From positions 9,852-47,889 of the forward strand of contig MFJN01000020.1 of assembly GCA_001779235.1 (NCBI GenBank): a stretch of DNA of 38,038 nucleotides, in the 5' to 3' direction. The notes beneath the pieces were generated by a model. The model searched no databases. It was not told the origin of the DNA and saw only the letters and a list, made by a program, of their open reading frames with translations. Both the position numbers and the translations under genes were made by a program. Positions within the stretch are counted from its first letter, which is position 1, and each line of letters opens with the position of its first letter. Positions 17,806 through 27,964 of this stretch are shown in pieces. Source of the DNA: Candidatus Gottesmanbacteria bacterium RIFCSPHIGHO2_02_FULL_40_13. GTDB taxonomy: Bacteria; Patescibacteriota; Microgenomatia; 2-02-FULL-39-11.

Positions 17806-19304
17806 TGAAAAAATTAAATTTAAATAAATATTTTAAGTTACCCGCAGTTCTTTTTTTCCTCATATTACTTTTGGCTTCATTTATGAGGTTTTATAGGATC
17901 CGCGAATACATTCTTTTTTTGGGAGATGAAGGCAGGGATGTCTTAATCGTTAAACGAATGATTGTTGATCATATCTTTACCCTTCTTGGACCAATTACCA
18001 GCGTCGGTTCAATGTATATGGGACCAGTGTACTACTATATCATGGCTCCATTTCTCTGGGCTTGGCGTTTGGATCCTGTTGGGCCTTCAATCATGGTTGC
18101 TTTATTTTCTCTGGCGACCATATGTTTAATATACAGATTATGCAGCAAGTTTTTTTCTCCTTATGTTGGTATTATCGCCTCATTTTTTTACGCCATCTCC
18201 CCATTAACAATAATTTATGGCAGATCTTCCTGGAATCCCAATATCGTCCCGTTCTTCTCACTTCTTATAATCTACTGCCTGATGAAAGTCGTAATTCAAA
18301 ACAAACACCGTTGGCTAATTGTAGCCGGGTTTACATTAGGTATTCTGATTCAACTACATTATGTTACTTTGCTGATGATACCTGTAATCATATTTTGTTT
18401 AGCTCTTATTAAATTCAGACTGAATCTTAAATATTTTATTTTCAGTTTTTTAGCTTTTATACTTTCTTATTCTCCATTTTTGCTTTTTGAAATAAGGCAC
18501 AGATTAGTCAATACGAAAGCTGTTTTAAGGTTTATCGGACAACAAAATCATGAAGCCGGATTTTCTCTGGTTAAAATTATTTCTTCAATACAGGATATTT
18601 TAATTCGTGTTTTCTGGAGGCTAATTGTCATTGAAAATGCCGAACTGGCAAAACTTATAACGCTTGGTATTATTATTGGAGTTTGTCTTTATTGGATTAA
18701 AAGTCACAGGTATAAACCTGGACCTCAGCCAATTGATATTCTGCTCATTTGGTTTATTACTGCTGTAAGTTTTATCGGTATATATCAGGGGGTGGTTTAT
18801 GATTATTATCTGGGATCGCTTTTTCCTGTGCCGTTTTTCTTTTTAGGAATTGCGGTTGCTACCTATTGGGGCGGGAAAAACCTATATAATATATCATTAC
18901 TGTTAGTTTTGGCGATATTAGTTTTCTATAACATCAAACATAGTCCGCTGGCAATCGAACCGAATAATTTAATAAGAAATACTCAGGAAATATCCAGATC
19001 TGTATTCGATCTGGCTGGAAATAAACCCTATAATTTCGCATTAATCGCCGGCAAAAATTCGGATCACGCCTACCGTTATTTCCTGGAAATTTGGGGTGAG
19101 CCTCCTGTTGAAATCGCAAATCCTGTTGTTGATCCTATGAGAAAAACCGTTACATCTCAACTTCTGGTTGTTTGTGAGGAAAAGATCTGTCAGCCTTTGG
19201 GCCACCCTTTATGGCAAATTGCCGGTTTTGGCAGAGCAGAAATAATCGGAGAATGGCAGGTATCAACTGCGAAGGTTTTTAAATTAATTCCTTATGACAG
19301 ATAA
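17802..19304 (+). CDS. GT-C glycosyltransferase (PMT_2/ArnT-like)
   Basis: Multi-TM with RFY...FLGDEGRD, GP.YYY, WNPN, QLHY. Confidence 0.8.
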   Translation: MMKKLNLNKYFKLPAVLFFLILLLASFMRFYRIREYILFLGDEGRDVLIVKRMIVDHIFTLLGPITSVGSMYMGPVYYYIMAPFLWAWRLDPVGPSIMVALFSLATICLIYRLCSKFFSPYVGIIASFFYAISPLTIIYGRSSWNPNIVPFFSLLIIYCLMKVVIQNKHRWLIVAGFTLGILIQLHYVTLLMIPVIIFCLALIKFRLNLKYFIFSFLAFILSYSPFLLFEIRHRLVNTKAVLRFIGQQNHEAGFSLVKIISSIQDILIRVFWRLIVIENAELAKLITLGIIIGVCLYWIKSHRYKPGPQPIDILLIWFITAVSFIGIYQGVVYDYYLGSLFPVPFFFLGIAVATYWGGKNLYNISLLLVLAILVFYNIKHSPLAIEPNNLIRNTQEISRSVFDLAGNKPYNFALIAGKNSDHAYRYFLEIWGEPPVEIANPVVDPMRKTVTSQLLVVCEEKICQPLGHPLWQIAGFGRAEIIGEWQVSTAKVFKLIPYDR

Positions 19305-20049
19305 AAAGATATCGATTGTAATTCCCTGCTACAACGAAGAGAGAAATTTGAGGCTTGGAGTTTTGGAAAAAGTTTATGATTATCTGGCTAAAAAAAACTA
19401 TTCTTGGGAGGTAATAATAGTTGATGACGGGAGCACTGATACAAGTGTGGAACTTATAAAGAAGTTTATATCCCGGCATAATGGTTTTTCCCTGTTATCC
19501 AAAGAACATCAGGGGAAAGCCGCGACGGTGAAAACCGGAGTAATGAGAGCCTTGGGAGAAATTGTTTTGTTTACTGATTTCGATCAGGCAACACCCATTG
19601 ATCAGTTGGAAAAACTGACTCCGTGGTTTCATAAAGGGTATGATATTGTCATCGGGTCCAGAAACTCAACGCGGCAGGGTGCTCCAATTTTAAGGTTAGC
19701 AATGGCCAGAGGATTCATGATCTTAAGAAATATTATATTAAATCTTGGTATTAAAGATACACAGTGCGGTTTTAAAGCTTTTAAAAATCAGGCAGCTAAA
19801 GAAATTTTCCAATCCTTAAGGATACATACGGGTCATGAAAATGTTAAAGGATCAACGGTGACTGCCGGTTTTGATGTTGAACTTTTGTTTATCGCGAATA
19901 AACGTGGTTTTAAAATTAAAGAGGTCCCTATTGAGTGGCATTATCAGGAAACCAGAAACGTCAATCCTTGGAAAGATTCCCTCTTCGGATTATACGATCT
20001 GATAAAAATCAGAATAAACGAGATGAAAGGACTTTATCATAAAAAATAA
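19294..20049 (+). CDS. Polyprenyl-phosphate glycosyltransferase (Alg5/DPG synthase-like GT2)
   Basis: IPCYNEE, VDDGSTD, GKA, TDFDQATP, IGSR, DTQCGFK, FDVELL. Confidence 0.85.
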   Translation: MTDKKISIVIPCYNEERNLRLGVLEKVYDYLAKKNYSWEVIIVDDGSTDTSVELIKKFISRHNGFSLLSKEHQGKAATVKTGVMRALGEIVLFTDFDQATPIDQLEKLTPWFHKGYDIVIGSRNSTRQGAPILRLAMARGFMILRNIILNLGIKDTQCGFKAFKNQAAKEIFQSLRIHTGHENVKGSTVTAGFDVELLFIANKRGFKIKEVPIEWHYQETRNVNPWKDSLFGLYDLIKIRINEMKGLYHKK

Positions 20050-20082
20050 AAATTATCACTCTTCTTCACAAGTTTCGCAGTC

Positions 20083-20197
20083 GTCATTGCGAGCCTGCCT
20101 GCGCAGGCAGGGACCCCGACGTTACGTCGGGGGACGTGGCAATCTGATAAAAAGATTCCCACGCTCTCCCGACTGAGTCGGGATCGCTCGGAATGAC
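20083..20197. repeat. GC-rich palindromic REP/MITE-like element with nested mini-palindromes
   Basis: Terminal IR GTCATTGCGAGC / GCTCGGAATGAC. Inner IR CGTGGCAATCT / AGATTCCCACG. Embedded CCTGCCTGCGCAGGCAGG, CCCCGACGT-T-ACGTCGGGG and TCCCGACT-G-AGTCGGGA. Confidence 0.8.
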
Positions 20198-20222
20198 ATT
20201 AAGCGCGAAACTCGTATTCTTT

Positions 20223-21392
20223 ATGAAATTTAGTCCTTATAGGATTATTTCTTTCGGATATATTTTTTGCCTACTTGCGTTGGTAATTTACTCTTATACT
20301 CAGATTGATTTAAATCTGACCCTTTCGGGAAATCTAATCTATCAGCAAGTTCAAGGACAGTTAATTTTTCTTGGTTATTTCCAACGACATCTGTCAGCCT
20401 TGATTTATTCCCTTATTCAGTTAATAATGTTCGGTTTGTATTTTTATCTCATGAGACAAGTTTTAAGTCATCGGTTGAACTTACAACAAATAGTTAAACT
20501 TATCTTACTGGTTAGTGTTATAGCCATACTTTCATATCCGGCGTTATCTCATGACATCTTTAATTACATGTTTGATGCCCGCATAGTCACAAAATATCAT
20601 CTGAATCCTTATTTTTTTAAAGCCAATGATTTCCCGGGTGACTTATGGGTCAGGTTTATGCATTGGACGCACAGATATTACCCGTACGGTCCAATTTGGC
20701 TTATTCTTACCCTACCTTTTTCCTACCTGGGGTTTGGCAAGTTTGTATTGACATTAATGAATTTCAAGCTGATGTTTTTTTTGTTTCATCTGGGCAATTT
20801 ATATCTGATTAATAAAATCACGCAAAAACTTTATCCGGAAGATAGATTAACTTCCTTAGTTTTTTACGGGTTGAATCCTCTGATTATTTCTGAATCCTTG
20901 GTTAGTCCCCACAATGAAGTGATGATGCTGTTTTTTGCTTTGGCAGCATTGTACTGGGGAGCTTTGCAAAACAGCAGGATGAAATATATTATCTTGATGA
21001 TTTTATCAGCCGGGGTGAAATTTATTACCATTGCTTTATTACCCCTGATACTTTTTAAAAAGCATATAAATGATAAATCAGTGCTAGAGTTTATGATTAA
21101 ATCATCTCTAATTCTGACAGTATTATTTATCTCTTTGGAGATTTATTATCGGGAAGCGTATCCGTGGTATTTTATAATATTTATCGGATTTTCCAGTTTA
21201 CTGATAAAATATAAGAAATTATTAGTATTTACATTCATCTTATCTTTAAGTGCCCTAGGAAGATATGTACCTTTTTTATACGAAGGAGTTTATAGTGATA
21301 ATTTACAAAGAACGAAAAATATAATTTTTTATCTGCCTATAATTGTTTGTCTTATTTATTATATTTTTTCACTGCGGCGGTTGAAGCAGTAG
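20223..21392 (+). CDS. GT-C membrane glycosyltransferase (MptA/B-like)
   Basis: LSHDIFNY, YPYGPIW, LNPL, HNE motifs. ATG 20193 lies inside the repeat, so 20223 is preferred. Confidence 0.75.
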   Translation: MKFSPYRIISFGYIFCLLALVIYSYTQIDLNLTLSGNLIYQQVQGQLIFLGYFQRHLSALIYSLIQLIMFGLYFYLMRQVLSHRLNLQQIVKLILLVSVIAILSYPALSHDIFNYMFDARIVTKYHLNPYFFKANDFPGDLWVRFMHWTHRYYPYGPIWLILTLPFSYLGFGKFVLTLMNFKLMFFLFHLGNLYLINKITQKLYPEDRLTSLVFYGLNPLIISESLVSPHNEVMMLFFALAALYWGALQNSRMKYIILMILSAGVKFITIALLPLILFKKHINDKSVLEFMIKSSLILTVLFISLEIYYREAYPWYFIIFIGFSSLLIKYKKLLVFTFILSLSALGRYVPFLYEGVYSDNLQRTKNIIFYLPIIVCLIYYIFSLRRLKQ

Positions 21393-21407
21393 AAATTTAT
21401 TATATCT

Positions 21408-22889
21408 ATGGAAATTTTGACTGTAATAATCATTAGTTTGATAACTTTTTTTACTCGAGTAATAAATTTACTTAATATTCCAATTTTTACAGATGAAGCG
21501 ATCTATATCCGTTGGGCTCAAATAGGATTAAATGACCCATCCCACAGATATATTTCTTTAACCGACGGTAAACAGCCTATGTTGACTTGGCTGATGTATC
21601 CCATGTTAAAAATTTTCCAAGATCCGTTATTTGCCGGCAGATTTGTTTCAGTTTTAAGCGGAGTATTGGCGGTGGTTGGAATATATTTATTAACAAGAGA
21701 ACTTTTTAGTAAGAAAACAGCTGTATTGGCATGCGGGTTATATATTATTTCTCCTTTTGCCCTTATTTATGACAGGCTTGCCTTAATGGATAGCCTTTTG
21801 TCGTCTTTTGCTGTTTGGAGTTTATATCTACAGGTGTTGCTGGTGAGAAAACTGCGGTTAGATATCGCCTTGATCTTGGGATTTGTTACAGGTTTAGGCC
21901 TTCTGACAAAGTCGTCAGCATTTTTTTTCATCTATCTCTTGCCGTTTTCTCTTTTATTATTTAATTATTCAGCACCAAAAAAAATAACTCTTCTGTTCAA
22001 ATGGTTGGGTTTGATATTGTTGGGATCTGTGATTTCAATTGTAATGTATAACTCATTGAGACTTTCTCCGTGGTTTTATATCATCAATCTAAAAAATCAT
22101 GTATTTATCCTGGGTTTCGGTGAGTTTGCCAAACACCCGCTTGATTTATTCATCGGTAATATGACTGGTTTGTTGGGGATGCTGACAGGATACCTTACCC
22201 TGCCTTTCAGTATTTTTATTTTACTTGGCACGCTTTGGTCAGTCTTAAAAAGAGATAATAAAATCTTGCTTCTTGGCGCCTGGTTCATTTTTCCATTTCT
22301 TTCCTTGGCGGCATTCGGAGTAGTCATTTTTCCCAGATTTATTCTTTTTATGGTGATACCGCTTCTGATTATCGCAGCATATTTATTTGAGAAGATATCA
22401 CGGTCAGTAATAAAATATAATAAATATCTCCCTTTCTTTTTGCTGCTAATTGTTTCAGTTTCAATTCGTCAAAGTTATCTTCTGATGTTTGACCCTCTTA
22501 AGGTTGATATACCTTCAACTGACAGAAATCAGCTGTTTGACGACTGGCCGTCAGGATATGGTGTGCAGGAAGTTATTAATTATTTAAAACAGCAGGCAGA
22601 GAAAGGAAAAATCGTTGTCGGTACTGAGGGTACTTTTGGTTTAAATCCGGCAGTGTATGAAATATATCTGGGAACCAATAAAAATGTCGAAATTTACGGA
22701 TTTTGGCCGGTATCACAGGTACCGCAATTATTACTCGATTCTGCCAAGAAGTACCCTACCTATCTGATTTTTAAGGAGAAACAGGATATTCCTTTAGATT
22801 GGCCGTTGAAGCTTATCGCCAAGTATCAACGCGGAACAGGTAAGACCTATCTTTACTTTTATCAGGTTGATACGCCAAAAATTCAATAA
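21408..22889 (+). CDS. GT-C glycosyltransferase (PMT_2/ArnT-like)
   Basis: FTDEAIY, DGKQP, GRFVS, DRLALMD, LTK; multi-TM. Confidence 0.8.
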   Translation: MEILTVIIISLITFFTRVINLLNIPIFTDEAIYIRWAQIGLNDPSHRYISLTDGKQPMLTWLMYPMLKIFQDPLFAGRFVSVLSGVLAVVGIYLLTRELFSKKTAVLACGLYIISPFALIYDRLALMDSLLSSFAVWSLYLQVLLVRKLRLDIALILGFVTGLGLLTKSSAFFFIYLLPFSLLLFNYSAPKKITLLFKWLGLILLGSVISIVMYNSLRLSPWFYIINLKNHVFILGFGEFAKHPLDLFIGNMTGLLGMLTGYLTLPFSIFILLGTLWSVLKRDNKILLLGAWFIFPFLSLAAFGVVIFPRFILFMVIPLLIIAAYLFEKISRSVIKYNKYLPFFLLLIVSVSIRQSYLLMFDPLKVDIPSTDRNQLFDDWPSGYGVQEVINYLKQQAEKGKIVVGTEGTFGLNPAVYEIYLGTNKNVEIYGFWPVSQVPQLLLDSAKKYPTYLIFKEKQDIPLDWPLKLIAKYQRGTGKTYLYFYQVDTPKIQ

Positions 22890-22898
22890 GATTTAATC

Positions 22899-24530
22899 AT
22901 GTCCTACCTAAGAAACAAGTTTCCCCTGATTATAATTTTTATATTCTGCATTTTATTTACTCTCCCTTTTTACAAGACCGGTTATTTCACGACACATGAC
23001 GGCGAGTGGTCGGTAATAAGGCTATCGGAAATGGTCAGGGAAGTGAAAGATCTGCAGTTTCCTCCCCGTTGGTCTGATTACCTCAATCACGGCTATGGTT
23101 ATCCTTTATTTACTTTTACCTATCCTTTGCCTTACTACGCAGGAACTTTCTTGAAGTTGATAAATATTGGCCTGGTAGAGAGCGTTAAAATATTATTTGT
23201 CTTAAGCGTATTTATCTCGGCCTTTTTCATGTATAAGTTGGGATCAATCCTTCGTGATAAGACTAGCGGATTATTTGCAGCCCTCTATTATTTAAGTGCT
23301 AACTACCGACTGGTGAATTTATACATCCGGGGTTCTTTGGGTGAATCACTGGCGTTCATTTTTTTCCCTCTTATATTTTATATGGCGATTATCTATATAA
23401 ATAACCCATCAGTCTGGAATTACTTATTATTATCTTTATCTTTAGCAGGTTTGATTTTAAGCCATAACGTCATGGCAATTTTATTTATTCCTTTTTTTAT
23501 GTTGTTTTATTTTCTATACGTTCTCCATCAAAAGCGAAAATTAAATCTATCTGCATGGATAAAAATGATTTTACCGCTGCTGCAGGGTTTCGGTTTAGCC
23601 GCCTATTTTTTTATACCGGCACTGCTCGAAAAAAAATACATCTATCTATCGCAAATTCCATTGTCCGCGATAGCAGATAATTTTATTAAATTAAAAGATC
23701 TTGTTTACACCCCCTGGAATTATGGAATTAAACCGCCAATTTCTTTAGGTATTGGCCATAGTTTGGCACTCCTGTTTATACTCATCTGTTATTTGATATT
23801 TAATAATAAAAAATACAAAAAAGATTTTCTTTTCAATTTTTTGATTGTTTCTCTGCTTTTACTTTTATATCTGACCAACATCAATTCAAGTTTATTCTGG
23901 AAGTATCCGCCTTTAGTTTGGCTGGATTTTCCCTGGCGGATGATGGGTATCATAATTTTTATTATCTCTCTTCTGATGATTTATTTGCCAAAGAGACCCA
24001 TTTTAAAGTCAATCTTTACCTTTCTAACAATTGTCGTATTAATTACCAACCTTAACTTTGTAAAACCGTCAACCTACATTAATAAACCTGACTCATATTA
24101 CGAAACCAATGATGCCACTACCACCTCCATGGATGAACTGATGCCTATTTGGGTAAAACAGAAAGCCAAAAACAGGTATATATCCAAGATTGAATTTGAC
24201 GACAAAATTTCAGCAGTTACTAATCTTACCTATAATTCTAAAAATATTGAATTTAACGCGACAGCACTTAGTCCTGTTATGATTAAAATTAACTCACTAT
24301 TTTTTCCGGGCTGGAAATTTCAAATTAATGGAATAAATACTTCGATTTCAATTCAAGAACCGGATGGTGTGATGAGTTTGGAGTTAAATCAGGGATCTCA
24401 TCAGATCCGGGGTAGGTTTGAAGAGACTCCACTGCGATTAATAGCCGACTGGGTCAGTATTTTATCAGCTGTTTTTCTAGTTATAGTAGTAAGATTTAAT
24501 AAATCTTTTTTTAACCGCCATGAAAATTAG
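22899..24530 (+). CDS. YfhO / 'PTPS-related' membrane protein (GT-C-like)
   Basis: THDG, FPPRW, GYGYPLF..Y.PLPYY, YIRGSLGE, SHN, FPWR, FFPGW. Confidence 0.75.
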   Translation: MSYLRNKFPLIIIFIFCILFTLPFYKTGYFTTHDGEWSVIRLSEMVREVKDLQFPPRWSDYLNHGYGYPLFTFTYPLPYYAGTFLKLINIGLVESVKILFVLSVFISAFFMYKLGSILRDKTSGLFAALYYLSANYRLVNLYIRGSLGESLAFIFFPLIFYMAIIYINNPSVWNYLLLSLSLAGLILSHNVMAILFIPFFMLFYFLYVLHQKRKLNLSAWIKMILPLLQGFGLAAYFFIPALLEKKYIYLSQIPLSAIADNFIKLKDLVYTPWNYGIKPPISLGIGHSLALLFILICYLIFNNKKYKKDFLFNFLIVSLLLLLYLTNINSSLFWKYPPLVWLDFPWRMMGIIIFIISLLMIYLPKRPILKSIFTFLTIVVLITNLNFVKPSTYINKPDSYYETNDATTTSMDELMPIWVKQKAKNRYISKIEFDDKISAVTNLTYNSKNIEFNATALSPVMIKINSLFFPGWKFQINGINTSISIQEPDGVMSLELNQGSHQIRGRFEETPLRLIADWVSILSAVFLVIVVRFNKSFFNRHEN

Positions 24531-26202
24531 AAGATTTAATATTATTTTCGAAATACTGCTGTTAACAGTTTTGTCATATTGGGTGTTGAAACCTCTTTTG
24601 GTAAAGGGATATTTTCCCATGCATGACGATACACAGCCTGCCCGCATATTTGAGATGGCGCAGGCATTAAAAGAGGGGCAATTTCCTGTCCGATGGGTTG
24701 GAGATTTAGGATATGGTGCAGGATATCCTCTGTTTAATTTTTATGCACCATTGCCGTATTATATTGGTGCTTTGGTGTACTTAACAGGATTAAATGCGAT
24801 TTATACGGCAAAGATAACATTTGGTATCGGAATTATCCTGTCTGCATTATTGATGTATTTCTTTCTCAAAAAGATTGCCGGTAGAACAGCAGGAATGGTT
24901 GGTAGCATCATGTATCTCTACGCACCGTATCATGCTGTAAATATTTACGTGCGGGGAGCGTTGGGGGAATTATACGCTTACTCATTTATTCCACTGTTAG
25001 CTCTTGGTATTTATCAACTTTTCTCGTATAACACTAAACAAAACGTTCGCAGGGGAGTTTTATGGGGAACAATGGGATTGTCCGGAATGATCCTCTCACA
25101 CAATATTTTAGGCATGTTGGGATTGATATTTTTACTTCTTTTTATTGCCTTAATATACATTTACTTGTTAGTAAAAAAATTAAACCTGAAAATTATGTTA
25201 CCTCTGGGTTTAATCGGAATTTTTTCTTTAATGCTCACTTCATTTTTTTGGATGCCTGCTGTTTTTGAAAAACAATACACCAATGTCGAGTCTGTTGTCC
25301 GGGGAGGAAGTAATTTCAGCGATCACTTCGTTTATCCCGATCAGTTGTGGAATTCAGCCTGGGGTTATGCCGGATCTGCTCCTGCTAGAGCTGACGGTAT
25401 GTCATTCATGATAGGTAAATTCCATCTTATTCTGACTGTTATTTCGTTATTCTTGTATCTTATGTTTTTCAAACGGAAAAATAATAGTTATGGGAATGTT
25501 TTTCTTATTTCAGCAGCTTTATTTATCCTTTCCACCTTTATGATGCTTCAATCCAGCCGCTTTATATGGCTTTTAATTCCTTTTTTTAAATATATCCAGT
25601 TTCCGTGGAGGTTTTTAAATTTCTCTCTGTTTTTTCTGGTACTCTCGATTCTGTATCTGTTCACCTTTTTGAAGGAAAATCAAAAAAAAACCCTTTCTGC
25701 ATTGGTTATTATATTTTCGATATTATTTTATGCCAAGTTTTTTCAGCCTGCAATGTATATCACATCCACCGATGCTGATTATATATCCGCGGCCAATCTG
25801 ACTGGAAAAATGTCTGCAATTTCAGATGAATATCTTCCGGTAAAATTTATCAAGAAAAACGGTCAGGAAATAATAGATTCCCATAATGCCTTATCTAGTA
25901 TCAATGCTAGAGTTGATATCGATCGATTTACCTATAAAGAAATTGCTATCAATTCACCGGAATCGGGTGAATATATTTCGCCCTTCACTTTTTTTCCCGG
26001 TTGGGAGGCTATCTTAGATGGTAAAAAAACATCTGTAAAAGAAACTTTTGGCAGAATAAGCCTGTCCGTTCCGGATGGGGAATCCAAACTAACGCTCAAG
26101 TTTACTGATACTCCGGTTAGAAAGATAGCAAATACTATTTCCATTTTTGGAATTTTTCTGTTAGTATATGTAGCATTATTTCGTGTCAAATTTCCTTTAT
26201 GA
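24520..26202 (+). CDS. YfhO / 'PTPS-related' membrane protein (GT-C-like), paralogue of the upstream gene
   Basis: MHDD, FPVRW, GAGYPLF.FY.PLPYY, YVRGALGE, SHN, QFPWR, FFPGW. Confidence 0.75.
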   Translation: MKIRRFNIIFEILLLTVLSYWVLKPLLVKGYFPMHDDTQPARIFEMAQALKEGQFPVRWVGDLGYGAGYPLFNFYAPLPYYIGALVYLTGLNAIYTAKITFGIGIILSALLMYFFLKKIAGRTAGMVGSIMYLYAPYHAVNIYVRGALGELYAYSFIPLLALGIYQLFSYNTKQNVRRGVLWGTMGLSGMILSHNILGMLGLIFLLLFIALIYIYLLVKKLNLKIMLPLGLIGIFSLMLTSFFWMPAVFEKQYTNVESVVRGGSNFSDHFVYPDQLWNSAWGYAGSAPARADGMSFMIGKFHLILTVISLFLYLMFFKRKNNSYGNVFLISAALFILSTFMMLQSSRFIWLLIPFFKYIQFPWRFLNFSLFFLVLSILYLFTFLKENQKKTLSALVIIFSILFYAKFFQPAMYITSTDADYISAANLTGKMSAISDEYLPVKFIKKNGQEIIDSHNALSSINARVDIDRFTYKEIAINSPESGEYISPFTFFPGWEAILDGKKTSVKETFGRISLSVPDGESKLTLKFTDTPVRKIANTISIFGIFLLVYVALFRVKFPL

Positions 26203-26939
26203 AAAAGAGATATTCAGTCGTAGTTGTGATTCCTATTTATAACGAGGAACTGGAATTACAGGAGAGTATTTTAAAACTGAAAAGTTTTTTGGCGAAAAAC
26301 TTGGCCGAATATGATTGGAGCATAGTAATCGCTGATAATGCCTCAACCGATAACAGCAAAAAAATAGCCCTAAATCTTGCAAAATCAGATAAACGTATTA
26401 CTTATCTTCACCTCGATCTGAAAGGCAGGGGACGGGCGGTGAAAAAAGCCTGGAGCACCTCTTCCGCAGATTTACTGGTTTACATGGACGTGGATCTATC
26501 AACTGATTTGAAAAGCCTGCCGAATTTACTAAGTTCGTTAATCAGAGGTTATGATATTGCCATAGGGTCCAGATTAATTTCTAAATCAAAAGTGATCAAC
26601 CGACCCATAAAAAGAGAAATTCTTTCTCGTTGTTATAACATTCTTATTAAATTTCTTTTTAGAGTGAAATTTTCAGACGCCCAATGCGGATTTAAGGCAG
26701 TCACAAAAAATGTCGCTAAAAAACTTTTGCCGGACGTCAAAGATAATGCCTGGTTTTTTGACAGTGAACTCTTGATAATAGGTGAGAAAAAAGGTTATAA
26801 AATATATGAGGAGCCTGTTTTATGGATTGACAATCCCGGTTCCACAGTCCGGGTCATGAAAACCGTTTACGGAGACTTGGAAGGGCTTTGGCGAATATTT
26901 TGGAATCGACCATGGAGGAAAACTAATCATGCAAAATAA
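26199..26939 (+). CDS. Polyprenyl-phosphate glycosyltransferase (GT2)
   Basis: IPIYNEE, ADNASTD, KGRGRA, YMDVDLSTD, IGSR, DAQCGFK, WFFDSELL. Confidence 0.85.
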   Translation: MKKRYSVVVVIPIYNEELELQESILKLKSFLAKNLAEYDWSIVIADNASTDNSKKIALNLAKSDKRITYLHLDLKGRGRAVKKAWSTSSADLLVYMDVDLSTDLKSLPNLLSSLIRGYDIAIGSRLISKSKVINRPIKREILSRCYNILIKFLFRVKFSDAQCGFKAVTKNVAKKLLPDVKDNAWFFDSELLIIGEKKGYKIYEEPVLWIDNPGSTVRVMKTVYGDLEGLWRIFWNRPWRKTNHAK

Positions 26940-27960
26940 AGTTTTAATTACAGGTGGTGCAGGGTTTATCGGTTCAAATTTGGCCGATTACCTTTTAAGG
27001 TGCGATTACGATGTTTCCATATTTGATAACTTTGTCAGGGAAGGGACGAAGAGTAACGCTGATTGGCTGATACAAAAATATCCCCTGATGAAAATTATTA
27101 CAGGGGATGTTAGAAATGAAAAAGATATGTTGATGGCTGTTAAAGACAAAGATATTGTTATTCATCTTGCTGCACAGGTTGCAGTAACAACTTCAGTAAT
27201 AGATCCCAGAACCGATTTTGACATAAACGCTTTGGGTACCTTTAATCTGCTGGAAGCAGTACGGAAAAATGACCGCAAACCGATCGTAATTTTCGCTTCA
27301 ACCAATAAAGTATACGGAGGAATGGAAAATGTCAAAATTATTGAAAAAAAATCAAGATATGCCTATGAAAATCTGCAGCTGGGTGTTTCTGAAAAAGAAC
27401 CTTTAGATTTTCACTCACCATACGGATGTTCGAAAGGGGCCGCTGATCAATATATACGGGATTATGAGAGGATATATGATATTCCGACAGTTGTCTTCAG
27501 ACAATCCTGTATCTACGGTCCGCGCCAGTTTGGGGTTGAGGATCAGGGCTGGGTGGCTTGGTTTATCATAGCTCTGACGTTGGGAAAGAAAATCACTGTT
27601 TATGGCGACGGCAAACAGGTCAGGGATATCTTATATGTTGAGGATTTAGTCAGGTTGTTCGATATAGCCATACGAAAGATTAAAATAAGCCGGGGTAAAA
27701 TTTATAATGTCGGCGGAGGTTTTAAAAATACTATTTCGGTATGGCACGAATTCGGTCCTATATTGACAAAGTTATTCGGGCGGAAAATTCCGGTCAATTT
27801 TTCAGACTGGAGGCCGGGCGACCAAAAGGTCTTTATCAGCGATATCAGGTATGTTGAAAAAGAATTAGGTTGGAAACCAAAATTTGGAGTTACGGATGGC
27901 ATAGAGAAATTATTTTTCTGGGTGCAAAACCATAAATCATTATTTAAAAACTTCATTTGA
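26929..27960 (+). CDS. CDP-paratose 2-epimerase (tyvelose epimerase)-like SDR
   Basis: HLAAQVAVTTS, STNKVYG, DFHSPYGCSKGAADQY, FRQS.IYG.RQF..EDQGWV.WF. Confidence 0.8.
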   Translation: MQNKVLITGGAGFIGSNLADYLLRCDYDVSIFDNFVREGTKSNADWLIQKYPLMKIITGDVRNEKDMLMAVKDKDIVIHLAAQVAVTTSVIDPRTDFDINALGTFNLLEAVRKNDRKPIVIFASTNKVYGGMENVKIIEKKSRYAYENLQLGVSEKEPLDFHSPYGCSKGAADQYIRDYERIYDIPTVVFRQSCIYGPRQFGVEDQGWVAWFIIALTLGKKITVYGDGKQVRDILYVEDLVRLFDIAIRKIKISRGKIYNVGGGFKNTISVWHEFGPILTKLFGRKIPVNFSDWRPGDQKVFISDIRYVEKELGWKPKFGVTDGIEKLFFWVQNHKSLFKNFI

Positions 27961-27964
27961 AGAT

